The translations under genes and the position numbers were made by a program. From Malacoraja senta (lineage: Eukaryota): a DNA stretch of 64,000 nt. Shown here in pieces: positions 1 to 13,387 of the stretch. Positions within the stretch are counted from its first letter, which is position 1. The number at the start of each line of letters is the position of its first letter. The notes beneath the pieces are model-generated. The model ran no database searches. It saw only the letters and a program-made list of their open reading frames with translations, and had not been told where the DNA came from. The stretch covers positions 5,332,001 through 5,396,000 of the forward strand of contig CM075989.1 of NCBI GenBank assembly GCA_038087875.1. Direction: 5' to 3'.

Positions 1-2772
1 ACGAATCACGAATCTGGCAATCGCCTGCTTAAAAATATCAATTGACAGTCTCCGCAGGCGTCTGTGCCCCTTCAAAGGTCAAATGAATGACTCCTTCAAA
101 AGATAAATGTTATCTATCTATCTTTGCAACAATCCAGCACCTGTTCACTTAACAAATTAAAAGTTTATTTGCTAACATTAAAGAAAATTGGGAGGCATCA
201 CAAAAGTGGCCAACTGTTAAATCTGTTAACAATAGCTCCCACCTGCATAGCAAGACTCCAAATACCTCAGTGCAGCATTTATCAAGGAAACAAAGTATTG
301 ACCCAGTCAGTGTAGGACGGAACTGCAGATGCTGGTTGAAACTGAAGATAGACACAAAATGCTGGAGTAACTCGGCGGGACAGGCAGCATCTCTGGAGAA
401 AAGGAATAGGTGATGTTTCAGGTCGAGACCCTTCTTCAGTCTGAAGACGTGTCTCGACCCAAAACGTCACCCATTCCTTCTCTCCAGTGATGCTGCCTGT
501 CCCGCCGAGTTACTCCAGCATTTTGTGCCTACACACAAGAGATATAGATGTTGATTTAGAGAGATATAGAACAAATGCATGAAAGAAATGCTAAAAACTA
601 ACGATGATAAAGGAAGCAGGCGATCGTTAGCTGTGGGCCAAGTGAAAACGAGTTACAGACAATGAAACTCATCAGGAAGACATTGACAACAACTTGGGTA
701 GGGGAGAGACGGAGAGAGAGGAGTTACTTGAAGTTAGGGAAATTAATACTCATACCGCTGCGTTGTAAGCTGCCTAAGTTAACCCTGTCAGTGCTGGAGG
801 GGAAAGGACAGACACCAGGGTTGCAACAATCAGAGTTGGGCAAAACAGAAGTCAAAACTGTAGGTCATGCGGCATCAGTGGGAGAGAGTAAACTGCTCTG
901 ATGGAAAGCCAGCGAGCTGACATGGTTCATTCTGTTCCATCGATTCAGCATGTCCTGTTTATATCTCTGTTTTTATCTCAGCTATCCTGTGTCTGCAGCA
1001 TTTTGCTTTTCAGAGACGATATGCAGGAATTAATTGAATTGTGGTGAAAATTTTGCCAAAGGGTCAACAAGCAATATGAAATGGGAAAAAAAAGTCAATT
1101 GTTACAAAGGTTTGAATATAAGTATCATTACAAAGATCTATGTGATCTATAATAGTTTGTTCACAACACATGATGTGGAAATGGAGACCACTTATACCAT
1201 TGGGGTTGGATTTTCAGGGAAGATTTTATCCCTAATGTCTTGCATCAAAATAGTGCAGAATAATGATTGATCGATTGATTGATCGATCGATTGATTGAGT
1301 GAATGCAGGATACAGCAAGGAAACAGGCCCCTTGGCCCCGCAAGTCCACACTGATCATCGATCCCCTGTTCTATGTTATCCCATTCTTGCACCAACTCCC
1401 TGCACCCTTTACAGAAGCCAAATAGCCTACAAACCCGCACGTATTTGGGATGTGGGAGGAAACCGGAGCACCCGCAGGAAACCCACACGGTCATAGGGAG
1501 AACGTGCAAACTCCACACAGTCAGCACCCGAGGTCAGGATTGACTTGGGCTCTGGTGCTGTGAGGCAGCAGCTCTACCTGCTGCTCCACTGGGCTGCCAT
1601 CATGTTTGATGGAAATAGTCTTGACCTTACCTTGATATTATTCATATATCGAACTGATCTAATTCTCAGTTTAACATAGCATGGAATGCTGGTTTGATCG
1701 TTCACTTAGGGACTAAAGTGTGGGTTCTATCTCAAAGATGTCAACTCAAGAGTTGAATTCAAAGGGAATAAAAAAATCTAATCTTGCATACTATGAATGC
1801 CAAAGGAAAAAGTGGAAGAAGCTCTGGAATACCAAAGGTGGGAGCGGATACAAAGATGGATACAATGGGAGGTTCGTTGGATCATTGACACCATCTAACA
1901 CCACAATTCCACCCACTTCCTTCTGAGCCGACTGATCCGCAATAATCACGTGACCATTCTTCACGTACTGGTTTTAATTTGCGATTTGACTGAAGGGTTG
2001 TCTCAGCTAAGCCCAACCTCACAACATGCTACTTATGCAACTTCAGATGGTTGTCCCTTTACCTTGTAACCAAGCTGTAGAATTGGGCTGAAAGACTTTG
2101 ATTATATGGAAGTCGGCATAGAGCAGAGAAATGTTGCCTTTCTGTTCATAAGTGCTTCGTGTAATAAAAAACTTGGCTACTATGAATCACTGACAATATT
2201 CCAGGAGCAATATTCCAGGAGGGATATTGAGACCTGCTGATTCAATGCTAATTTGAGGCCATCTCCATTGCAAGGTCACTGGATGGTGAAGATATTGAAT
2301 TTGCAGAAGAATTTCCTATTCCATTGTCAAATCTGCAGAGGTCAATGATATCACTTGGATTATTCTTGGTGTAATCTTATAAATGCTTCTGTGCGAGATC
2401 CATAATCTACCTGCAAGGCTATCATAATCTGCCTGCTTCTTGAGCCAAGATTTAAACTCACAAGATTCAAAACTTATTGGTTTGTAGCTGGGATCTTCAA
2501 TGTATTCTTGGCCATAAACTGGGATTGACACCTTCGAAGAAAACCCCACCAAACCATTAGCAGGGCAGCAGTTGAGAAAGGTGTGGCATTTTCACATCCA
2601 TAATGAAGCACTTCTCAATATTATTATCAACTCATTGCCCTCTCTTGATCAGAGGTAAAGCAAATTGGACCACCGAGGAGAAGCTGGGAGAACATTTTCC
2701 CTTTCAGATAAATAACTCAATAATGTGTTCTGGCCTTTTCCTATCTCCAGTTCCCTCCCCTCTACTTTCAGT

Positions 2773-2800
2773 CTGAAGAAGGGTCCCGACCCGAAACGTC
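2773..2800 (+). ncRNA. Minimal hammerhead ribozyme motif in a Penelope-like pseudo-LTR
   Basis: CTGAAGA-A-GGGT(CCCG)ACCC-GAAAC-GTC: CUGANGA box, stem II, GAAA box, palindromic ACGT and a GUC triplet. Confidence 0.6.
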
Positions 2801-4450
2801 ACCCATCCTTTTTCTCCAGAGTTGCTGCCTGAGCCGCTGAGTTACCCCAGCATTTTGTGCCTATCTTCAATAATGTGACTGCACCTTTCGTGGACTGGCT
2901 CCTTCACGCTTACTCTGCAATCTAATCCGTTTTTGCTGCAGAAATATCTGGTTAACATCATGGACAATATTGTCCATTTGAGATAGCAGTCTGTTTCTCT
3001 TCAAAGGAAAATCAGATTTAGAAGATGAAATGACTTTGAGTTAGACATCTAGTCTGTGTTGGCTAATGTTGACCTACACCATCCTGGCCACGCACTCATC
3101 TCTCCGCTACCATCGGGCAGAAGGTACAGGAGCCCGAAATCTGTTACATGAAGGTTGAGGAACCGCTTCTTCCCCCACAGCCATCAGGCTATTAAACTCG
3201 CCAACAAACAGACTCTGAACTGTAACAGCCTATTGCACTTTATCTGCTTATTTATGTGTATATTGAACTGAACTGTTCTGTATTTTTGCTTACAATACTC
3301 TGTTGTACTGCAGCAAGCAAGAATTTCATTGTCCTATCTGGGACACATGACAATAAACTCTCTTGACTTGACTTGACTTGAATATTGGACAACATCCCAA
3401 ACTTCTAAGCAACCTTAGGCATGGAAATGGATCGTTGCACAGAATTCTGGAGATCGAGTGAAATCTTGGGATGTTGAGAATTTAATATTTAGCTTAGTTT
3501 ATTTACAGCATGGATAGTGGCCCTTCAGCCCACCGTGTCCACACTGGCCACCGATCACACCCGTTCTTTTTCACACAGAGAGTGGTGAGTCTGTGGAATT
3601 CTCTGCCTCAGAGGGCGGTGGAGGCCGGTTCTCTGGATACTTTCAAGAGAGAGCTCCATAAGATAACGGAGTCAGGGACTATGGGGAGAAGGCAGGAACG
3701 GGGTATTGATTGGGGATGATCAGCCATGATCACATTGAATGGCAGTGCTGGCTCGAAGGGCCGAATGGCCTACTCCTGCACCTATTGTCTATTGTCTACT
3801 GTCATGCTAGTTCTATGTTATCCCACTTTTCCATCCACTCCCTGCTCACCAGGGGCAATTGCAAGTGTACCTCAGTACACGTGACAATAAACTAAACTTA
3901 ACTAAAAAAGACCTACACATCCACACATCTTTGGGATGTGGGAGGAAACCCACACAGTCACAGGGAGAATGTGCAAACTCCACATAGATAGCACCAGAGG
4001 TCAGAATCAAACCTGGGTCCCTGGCCCCGTGAGGCAGCAGCTCTACCTGCTGCATCGCTATGCCGCCCTGAAAGCTCCAAGCCAGCCAGGAGTCAAACCT
4101 AGACTTTTACGATCGATAATTATCCATAGCCCCACTGGCCCGATACATATCCCAATATTCCTTTGGACATATATTGGTTTGCACTTTTAAGATGAACATG
4201 AAGACTCTTTGCCCCAGCCAGGTTGACAATGTACAGCAGCCTCACTGTAAGGTGACTAGTAAAGGAATGGAGTGCAATGTGGAGTCCACACTTATCGTAG
4301 GATAGACACAAAATGCTGGAGTAACTCAGCGGGATGGGCAGCATCTGTGGAGAGAAGGAATAGGTGACGTTTCGGGTCGAGATCCTTCTTCAGACAGGAT
4401 TAGGGCTACTGATGGCAGGATTCCAGGTTTAATTGCTGCTCTCTTTCTAA

Positions 4451-4782
4451 TGGCCCTGTCCCACGGTACGAGTTCATTCCAAGAGCTCTCCCGAGTAAAA
4501 CAAAATAATTAAACTTGTGGTAAGCACGGAAAATGAACGTAGCGGGTACGTCGGAGCTCGGGGACGTCTCTTAGCAGCTCGTAACGCTAACAGCAGGTAC
4601 TGGGGAAGACTCGCTAACGGCAGGCAAGCTCGGGAAGACTCGTGAAGATTTTTCAACACGTTGAAAAATGTCCACGAGAGCCCCGAGTACCGACGAGTGG
4701 CCATTACCGTAAATCTCTGAGTTCGAATCAGGGCAAACTCGGGAGAACTCTTGGAATGAACTCGCACCGTGGGACAGGGCCA
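4451..4782. mobile_element. Non-autonomous TIR element (PIF/Harbinger-like MITE)
   Basis: TIR of about 45 bp starting TGGCCCTGTCCCACGGTACGAGTTCATTCCAAGAG; flanked by TAA and TTA. Confidence 0.8.
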
Positions 4783-5686
4783 TTACTATGGTGATGTTAA
4801 TTTTGGCACTTCTGGAGAAGTTGGGCATTGCAATTGGTTCAGGGCTCTGGTCCGAAAAGACAACTCAAAGGAAATACCAGGCATGGTCACCGTTGACAAC
4901 AGTAGTCTGAATGAGCAGGCATGAATCAGTACCCTCGGGAGAGAAGGGGACAAGAGTGTATTTGGACTGAGCAGAGTGGAGACACAGTAGCTTATCTCCT
5001 TGTGATCCACCCCATTTGTCCTGTGGGACAAGTTTACCAATGAGTTTGTCAGAACTTCATAGGAGTTCAACCAAAGATCTTTACCTTACCTTCTCTGAAC
5101 CTTGGCTAAAGAAGGGTCTCGACCTGAAACGTCACCCATTCCTTCTCTCCAGAGATGCTGCCTGTCCCGCTGAGTTACTCCAGCATTTGGTGTCTAGCTT
5201 GAACCTTGGGTTCAGGCTGAAAAATGTGACAATCTGGAGTTTATAATAACTTCTTACGTCATAGGAGCAGAACAAGGCCATTCGGCCCATCGAGTCGAAT
5301 CTGTCATTCAATCATGGCTGATCTACCTCAACCACATTCTCATGTCTTCTCATATCCTTTTTAAACCATTATTAGTCAAGAACCTGACAATTTCCGCTTT
5401 AAAATCACCCATAGATTTGGACTCCATAGCTGTCTGTGGCAATAAGTTCCACAGATTCACCACCCTCTTATTGCCCATATTCATCATCACACAGAAACTT
5501 ATATTTCACAAACTCAAACTTTCTCAGTGATTTGTGACAATGTTTCAGTGAAATTACTGACATGGACTGTAGAGTGTTTCACAGAAAGGTCCAAGATATT
5601 TGTGGGCCTATCATTTCCCCCCAGGCTTGGTGCTTCTTTGGAAACAGAGGATGGTGTCCTTGCAATTAATCTAACATATTGGGAAG

Positions 5687-6010
5687 TGTTTAGTTTAGTT
5701 TAGTTTAGAGATACAGCGCAGAAACAGGCCCTTCGGCCCACTGAGTCTGTGCCGACCAGCGATCCCTGCACATTAGGGCACTATCCTACACCAGGGATCA
5801 TTTACATTTATACCAAGCCGATTAGCCTACAAACCTGTACTTCTATGGAGTGTGGGAGAAAACCAAAGCTCTCGGGGAAAACCCACACGGTCACTGGGAG
5901 AATGTACAAACTCCGTACAGACAAGCACCTATAGTCAGGATCGAACCCAGGTCTCCGGCGCTGTGAGTGCTGTAAGGCAACAACTCAACCGCTGCGCCAC
6001 CATGCCGCCC
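5687..6010 (-). mobile_element. HE1-like V-SINE
   Basis: Reverse complement of the same consensus, with a (TTTAG)n tail. Other minus-strand copies near 1300-1600, 6530-6870, 13575-13890, 34762-35075, 37275-37590, 39085-39390, 53862-54169 and 60695-60945. Confidence 0.88.
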
Positions 6011-6209
6011 TAATGCAGCATGTTTTCCCATTGTTGTGCACAAACTATTTTAAAAATCACAGTCGAGTCCCTAAGAAAGGGAAGAAAATGTTAATCAGGA
6101 AACTGAAATGAAACACGGTGGAAGTCAGACCCAGAATAAGTTGCCCAGACTAGGTTGGGCGCGAGTTTGTAAGCTGTTAGTAGAATTAGCTGAAGCCTCT
6201 TTCTCGTAC

Positions 6210-6323
6210 CAATTTCACAGAGGTTTCCTCCGTAGCTGGGCAGGCACAAGCATTTGAAAGAGTCGATGCCATCCATACAGGTAGCTCCATTCAGACAAGG
6301 GCACGAATGGCACTCATCAATCT
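6210..6323 (-). CDS. ACAN: Aggrecan exon 14: G3 calcium-binding EGF2 module
   Basis: [38 protein letters not shown]; 114 nt; phase 1-1; ttgcAG acceptor, G|GTACGA donor. Confidence 0.94.
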
Positions 6324-8910
6324 CTGCAAGAAATCAAGTTCCGCCATTAGGATTTCAAGCAGGGAATTCTTGGACGGGGTTGGGAGAAAGAGAAAGGGGA
6401 TTCCTCTGCACACTTATCTGGAGGCATCCATGATCAACTTTAATGTCACAACTACTCTGGAGAAGCATGCTGAGCAATTGAAACCTGACTTATTGCTTGA
6501 GTGAACTTCTGAAAGGGACTATTATCATCATTTAGCTTAGTTTAGTTTAGTTTAGAGATACAGCGCGGAAATTAGCCTTTCGGCCCACCAAGTCCGTGCC
6601 GACCAGCGATCCCCACTATCCTAGCTATCCTAACCCCACTAACACTATCCTATCCACACCAAGGACAATTTGCATTTACACCAAGCCAATTAACCAACAA
6701 ATCATTACGTCTTTGGAGTGTGGGAAGAAACCGGACATCCCGGAGAAAACTCTCGCAGGTCACAGGGAGAACGTACAAACTCCGTACAGGCAGCACCCGT
6801 AGTCGGGATCGAACCCGGGTCTCTGGCGCTGTAAGGCAGCAACTCTACTGCTGCACCACCGCGTCGCCCACTCTGTCAAACTTCCCTTTTGGTTCCCCTA
6901 AGATTTTATCATCTCACTTGAGTTGCCCGTTAAACTTATTTTGTAGGAATTTGAAATGGCAACATGAGACTCCAAGTAGCTTGTTATGGGATGATCTGGC
7001 AAGAACTAATCGGATTCCTGTCTTTCTCACTGGAATACTTACTTGGAATGACTTCTGACCATGTCATAGAGTCATAGAGTCATGAGATTAGTGTAGATAT
7101 GCAAAATGGTCAGTATGGACATGGTGGGCCGAAGGGCCTGTTTTACTGCTGTACGATTCTATAACTGTCAAGGTGAAGCAAACAATGAAAATCATTGGGC
7201 CTTGTCAAAATTGGAGAATTATTTGGAGATGATGTTTGGTTCCTCCTGCAACATGTTAAAAGCTAAATAACCTAATTCATTCCTTGTTTATGTTTCTAAC
7301 GCTACATTCAGCATGCAACTCCTCAGCAGCTTCATCATGCATTGTTCAAGATGGGGGCCTGTGGATAAGTGCTCCCCTTTCATTAGTATCTGCTATAAGC
7401 AGAGGGTTACAGTTTTTGCAAGATGGATGAGGAATGTTGGGGCAGGAGCGTATATCGCATTCAAAATGGCGCCCAGGTTGCTCAGACTTTGTGACGCTCG
7501 GGGGGGGGGGGGGATGCAGCAGCTAACTAGCAGAGCAACATTGTTTGAAACTGTAAAACCACAGTGAATGACTGAAGCAAACCTTCAGGACTGAATGCAA
7601 AGGTTTTACAAAGGTACAGAGAAACAGTTGTTGAGCAAACTAGAGCAACTAGTAAAACAGTTAGTCTTCACAAATGTCAGAGCATTACACTGTTCTTCAC
7701 AAATAGTTCAATCAACTTTGCTCCTCGCATGTGACAATTGCATTGGGTTTAATTGACCACATCATACAATCCTATATTTGCAGCCATAAGATATTGCGGG
7801 CAGTCCGTATTTCCGTTTCACACAAACCTTGGTGTCTTATCCTGTAAAAATAACTCTTCAGATACAAATGTTAGACATGTTGATAACTTCATGTAAAGGG
7901 AAAGGATTGCAATGGAAAATCCCAATTTTCTCTGCAAAGGCGCAGTTCAGCGCTGCAATCACCAACCCAGTTTTACACCACATCTCACGGGGTGGGAGAT
8001 TGCAACCTTCATGTGGTCCACCCTGTTTCGACTAATGCAATCAACCCGACGTGCACAGATGTCGTTTTTCCTGCCACGTGATCTGCAACTTTAGGCTGTG
8101 CAGGCCACACGCAGGAAGAAGGAGAACACATCTCATCTGCTTTTCCAGGACAGTGCGAGCGACAGTATGAGTGACCTTCGTGTTCCGAATGCAGTGAGTT
8201 TGCGTAAAAGGTATCGTGGCATCGCTCGTGTGTGATACCAACAATGCGGAAATGACGGGTGGCTTTTCTTTAGTCCGCTCTCCTCGTAAATCAATCTAAA
8301 GCATTGTCACGGAAATACACGGAACTACAGATGCTGTAGATGTCTAAACTCCAGCGAATACAGGCAATCAAACGCTCATCATATTTCAACCTACTCATTC
8401 CTGGGATCATTCTTTTAAACCTCCTCTGAACCCTCTCCAGAGCCAGCACATCCTTCCTCAGATATGGTGCCCAAAATTGCTTACAATTTCTCCTCCCCCC
8501 ACCCCCCTCGCCACAATCTGTCTGAAGATGGGTCCTGACCAGAAACGTCACCCGTCCATGTTCTCCAGAGATGCTGCCCAACCCGCTGAGATATCCCAGC
8601 ACTCTGTGTCTTTAACAGCATTGTCATGCACTGCATCATGAGACAGCAGCTCAAAGGGACAATTCCTGACACCTGTCACACTACCCAGTGGGAATCCTGG
8701 AAGTATTTAAATTCTTCGTATTATGCCTTGCTGACCTGTAAGTATTCAATGTATCCACTGAGCAGATGTTTGGCATCACAACCTGCAAGATGTGCAGGAA
8801 GGAACTACAGATGCTGGTTAAAACCGAAGATAGACACAAAAAGCTGGAGTAACTCACCGGGACGGGCAGCATCTCTGGAGAGTAGGGATGGGTGACATTT
8901 TGGGTCGAGT

Positions 8911-8938
8911 CTGAAGAAGGGTCTCGACCCGAAACGTC
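8911..8938 (+). ncRNA. Minimal hammerhead ribozyme motif in a Penelope-like pseudo-LTR
   Basis: CTGAAGA-A-GGGT(CTCG)ACCC-GAAAC-GTC with an intact core. Confidence 0.6.
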
Positions 8939-11596
8939 ACCCATTCGTCTCTCCAGAAGTGGTGCCTGGCCTGTTGAGTTACTCCAGCGTTGTGTGTCTA
9001 CAATCTGCAAGATGCTCTGTATTAAAATACGATTCTGAAGACTGCAAGCTCAAGTCGAAATGTTATTAGTTTCCACTGAACTCTGGTTGAATCTATCCAG
9101 AATAATTCAATTGGACAAGAGAGCTGCAACCCAATGTAAATGCCACTGTTGATCATCGATTGCCTGAATGCAGGATTTGTTTTGCTTTTAAAGTGTTGTT
9201 GCTGGAATGGGATATCATAAGCTATTTCTCTTTGATTCCATTTTGTATTTTGTTACCGTGACAACTTGCACGCAATGGAAGAAAAATTGCCAATATAAGT
9301 GGATTTATGCATCTTATTTTGTAGTTTGATTGATCTTGGGATTATGGGAATTTAATATTTGGTTTAGTTTAGAGATACAGCATGGAAACAGTCCCTTCGG
9401 CCCACTAAGTCCACGCCGCCCATCGATCACCTGTTCATGCTAGTTCTATGTTATCCCACTTTTGCATCCACTCCCTACACACTCAGGGCAATTTACAGGG
9501 ACCGGTTAAGCACATGTCTTTGAGATGGGGGAGGAAACCAGCTGCCTGCGTTTGGCCCATATCCTTCCAAACCTATCCTGTCCATGTACCTGTCTAAATG
9601 CTTCATAAATGTTGCGATAATCCCAGCCTCAACTACCTCCTCCAGCAGCTCGTTCCATACACCCACCACCCTTTGTGTAACAAAGTTAACCCTCAGATTC
9701 CATTAAATCTTTCTCCTCATCACCTTGAATTTCTCCCCTCCCCTTAAATTCCTGGGTAAAATGCTTCCAAGCCAACAATGAGAAGCGAGTGTCACTTGGT
9801 TAGACACTTGTGGAGATCGCCGCTGTTGGGAAACTTATGGATGATATTGGGCAGGAGAGAACTCACTTGGTCTCCCCCTGGCCCATGTCCTTTCAAAGAG
9901 AGAGGCAATGGGCACACCCAATCCAGTAGAGTTATGTACATTATGTACATTGGCCCATTTACTTGAAGGAAACTGGCCGTAAGTGTCTAAAAAGGGATAA
10001 AATTCAAAGTCGCTAAATGGGTAAATGTGATCAGTATCACTCGGTGAATCAGAAACAATGTATATGTTCGTAAGTTCATAAATGATAGGAGCAGATTAGG
10101 CCATTCGGCCAATCACGTCTACTCCCCCATTCAGTCATGGCTGATCTGTCTTTCCCTCTCAACCCCATTCTCCTGCCTTCTTTCTCCCCATGACCCCTGA
10201 CACCCGTACTGATCAGATATATGTCAGTCGCTGGCAGGCTGATTGGGGCTCGGAATGTTTTCAAGCGCTGGCATCTCCTCGGGTCAGTGGGTGGTGTGGA
10301 GTAGGGGTCGGCAGTGGCCGTACTGGGAACGAGGGGCAACAGACTACTTACCAGTGTCGAGGGGACTGTGCCATGAACACGTGCCAAGGTCCTGGGTCAG
10401 ACCTGAGGTGGAACGGATTCAGTCCCAGAGTTGCAACATTAACCCACATCTTGCTCAGTTTTAAACCATGGGAAAAGCAACATGGTCAAACTCTGGTCAC
10501 AATTTGGTAACATGTCCTCATTGATGAAGACAGAAACAGATGGAATCAAACATAGGTGATGGAGTACCCATTAGCGCACTCTAGCGAAGAACAATGAACA
10601 ATGCAAGACCCTGCTTGGGGGGATGGGGGAGGGGGAGAGACCTGGCGGGTGGGGGAGGGGGAGAGAACAATGGAATACCTGGAGCGGGGAAGGGGGGAAG
10701 GGGAGGGGAGGGGAACAAAGGAGGAGCTTTGTAATTTTGTCAGTGCCGTATGTGGCGACTGTTTGCATACCTTTACACCTTTGGACAAGTGTAACTAGAA
10801 ATACACAAAGACAAAACATGATTGGTAAATGTATTTTATTTTCACTGATGTTATTTTCATGATCGTTTTGGTATTTGCCCGTTCCCTTCCTCTCTCCAGT
10901 GGTCCCAATGTTTACACGTTGAGAACTAAACTAATGGTCCTCAGCTCAGAGTCTGGGGCATCTCACTTTAATCCCTCTAATTCTCTCTTCTAACTCCAGT
11001 CTCCATAGCTGTTGACCGCCTCACCCAGTATCCTCCGTTACCCAATGATGGTGCAGTTTTACTTTGAGCTCTGCAAGCTGTTCTTCCACAATAAACCGAG
11101 ACAGGAATATGTCCGTGCTTGTCTGAGCAGTGGTTTGGGATTAGCAAAGGGTACCCAGGTGTATCTCAGTAAGGTTAGGAAATGCCTGCTGTTGATTCTT
11201 GGATTGTCCTAGTATGGGTATATAATGGAACTGTGTATATCTCAGGCCCCTACTCTCCCAGCCACTCTATCCACATGGTCTGGAGATACAGGGTAGAATC
11301 TGAAGTGATTGTCAAATGTTCTTCTTCTTCCCGCTCTCGTCCCGGTATAGGTACAGTTTCTTCCCCTCTGTTATCAGGCTTCTGAACAGTCCTTCCACAA
11401 GATCGTGTCTCTGTGTTTGATTCACCTCTACCCCATTGCGGACTTTAGACTTTGTCTCTGGAGCTGATGCACTACAATGCTGAGACCTATATTCTGCATT
11501 CTGTATCCTCTCCTTTGCTCCACCTATTGTACTTGTGTGTGAATTAATTGTATTTATATATAGGATTATCTCATCTGATTGAATCGCATACAAAAC

Positions 11597-12112
11597 ATGC
11601 TATTGAGGGAGTGCAGCGTAGGTTTACAAGGTTAATTCCCGGGATGGCGGGACTGTCATATGCTGAGAGAATGGAGCAGCTGGGCTTGTATACTTTGGAG
11701 TTTAGAAGGATGAGGGGGATCTTATTGAACCATATAAGATTATTAAGGGTTTGGACTCGCTAGAGGCAGGAAACATGATCCCGATGTTGGGGGAGACCAG
11801 AACCAGGGGCCACAGTTTAAGATTAAGGGGTAAGCCATTTAGAACAGAGAAGAGGAAACACTTTTTCTCACAGAGAGTTGTGAGTCTGTGGAATTCTCTG
11901 CCTCAGAGGGCGGTGGAGGCTGGTTCTCTGGATACTTTCAAGACAGAGTTAGATAGGGCTCTTAAAGATAGCGGAGTCAGGGGATATGGGGAGAAGGCAG
12001 GAACGGGGTACTGATTGGGGATGATCAGCCATGATCACATTGAATGGCGGTGCTGGCTCAAAGGGCCGAATGGCCTACTCCTGCACCTATTGTCTATTGT
12101 CTATTGTCTATA
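11597..12112 (+). mobile_element. CR1-clade LINE 3' fragment
   Basis: Highly similar to 44030-44550; one frameshift; (TTGTCTA)n tail. Confidence 0.88.
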
Positions 12113-13273
12113 GTCTATAAAACAAATCTTTTAACTGTACACGACACAGTAATAAACCTAAAAACCCTATGCCTAAAAACCTTCGGGACCATTTTGAATA
12201 TCTTGGAATTCTTACAGCGTGGAAACTTCAATGACTGGGAGTAGATGGCTCAGCACTGCCTGTGGTCTAGGTGAGAACTGGCAGAGATTACTACACTGCA
12301 CATTTTAATGGCAGTTTATTCATCCGTTATCTCCTCCAGTTCTACATCTTCCTATATCTTCTTCATGCCCCTTAAATTCAGCACCTAATCATTCCTAAAT
12401 GTAAATGTTATGATCACTGGGGACCTTGCCTATGAATTTACATTCAAGGGATCCTCCTCACAAACCCCTCTGTCCTCTGAATCTCTTTCCTCTTTTAAGA
12501 CACTAAAGAGTGTCTAAGACAGTTTGACTATGACTTTGGTTATGTGCTTTTACGCCTTAATGTCATGGTCAGTTCACTACCAGATGATATGTAAGAACGA
12601 ACGTTGACACAAAATGCTGGAGTAACTCAACGGGACAGGCAGCATCTCTGGAGAAAAGAAATGGGTGATGTTTCGGGTTGAGTAGAAGGTCTCAATCTGA
12701 TACATCACCCATTCTTTCTCTCCAGAGATGTTGCATGTTCTGCTGAGTTACTCCAGCATTTTGTGTCTATCTTCGGTGTAAACCAGCATCTGCAGTTCCT
12801 TCCTACACACTATATAACAATGTTCTTGTTGTACCTGGCCTTCTTGGTCTCTTTCTTTCAAGGCTCAGCATACTAGGATTCCATTTCAAATTTACTTCCC
12901 TGAATACCTCCGTAGTTGGAGAATCCCTGTGTTACTGTCTCCAGAGGTCGGTTTACAATATGGTCTGCAAATGTTGTCCATACATCGATGAGTGAGTGTG
13001 TCAACAGCATTCAATAAGTAAACTCAATCTACCTCTAGACGTGAAGCTGGTATAACAGCACATGTTGCGCAGAACAGATAGTCAGAGTCATCCAACACGG
13101 GCTACGTCCGTTCGGGCCACCATGTTGTACCTATCCACGTGAATCCTTCCCCACACGCTGGGTTTGCCATTGCATTTTGGAAATATTTGAGATAAACACG
13201 TATGAAAGGTCACATTCCGTGCGATCGAACAACTTCCCACTTGGCTGGGTAAAGTAAGAGTCAGCTCACGTAC

Positions 13274-13387
13274 CTATTTCACAATGCGTGCCTATCCATC
13301 CGGCTGGGCAATCACACATGGAGCTGCCGTCTCTCACCACGCACGTTCCTTGACCACAGGGGCTGACTTGGCACGGGTCAGGGACAA
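13274..13387 (-). CDS. ACAN: Aggrecan exon 13: G3 EGF1 module
   Basis: Manual translation VVPDPCQVSPCGQGTCVVRDGSSMCDCPAGWIGTHCEI (6-Cys EGF); 114 nt; phase 1-1; ctccttAG acceptor, G|GTACGT donor. Not in the ORF track. Confidence 0.92.

Noticed and set aside
1..6209. Search for the G3 C-type lectin, CRP and tail exons
   Set aside because: No lectin-like motif (e.g. C-x-x-GW-x-x-x-QG-x-CY) was seen by eye; they probably lie beyond the window start, although a missed short exon cannot be fully excluded.
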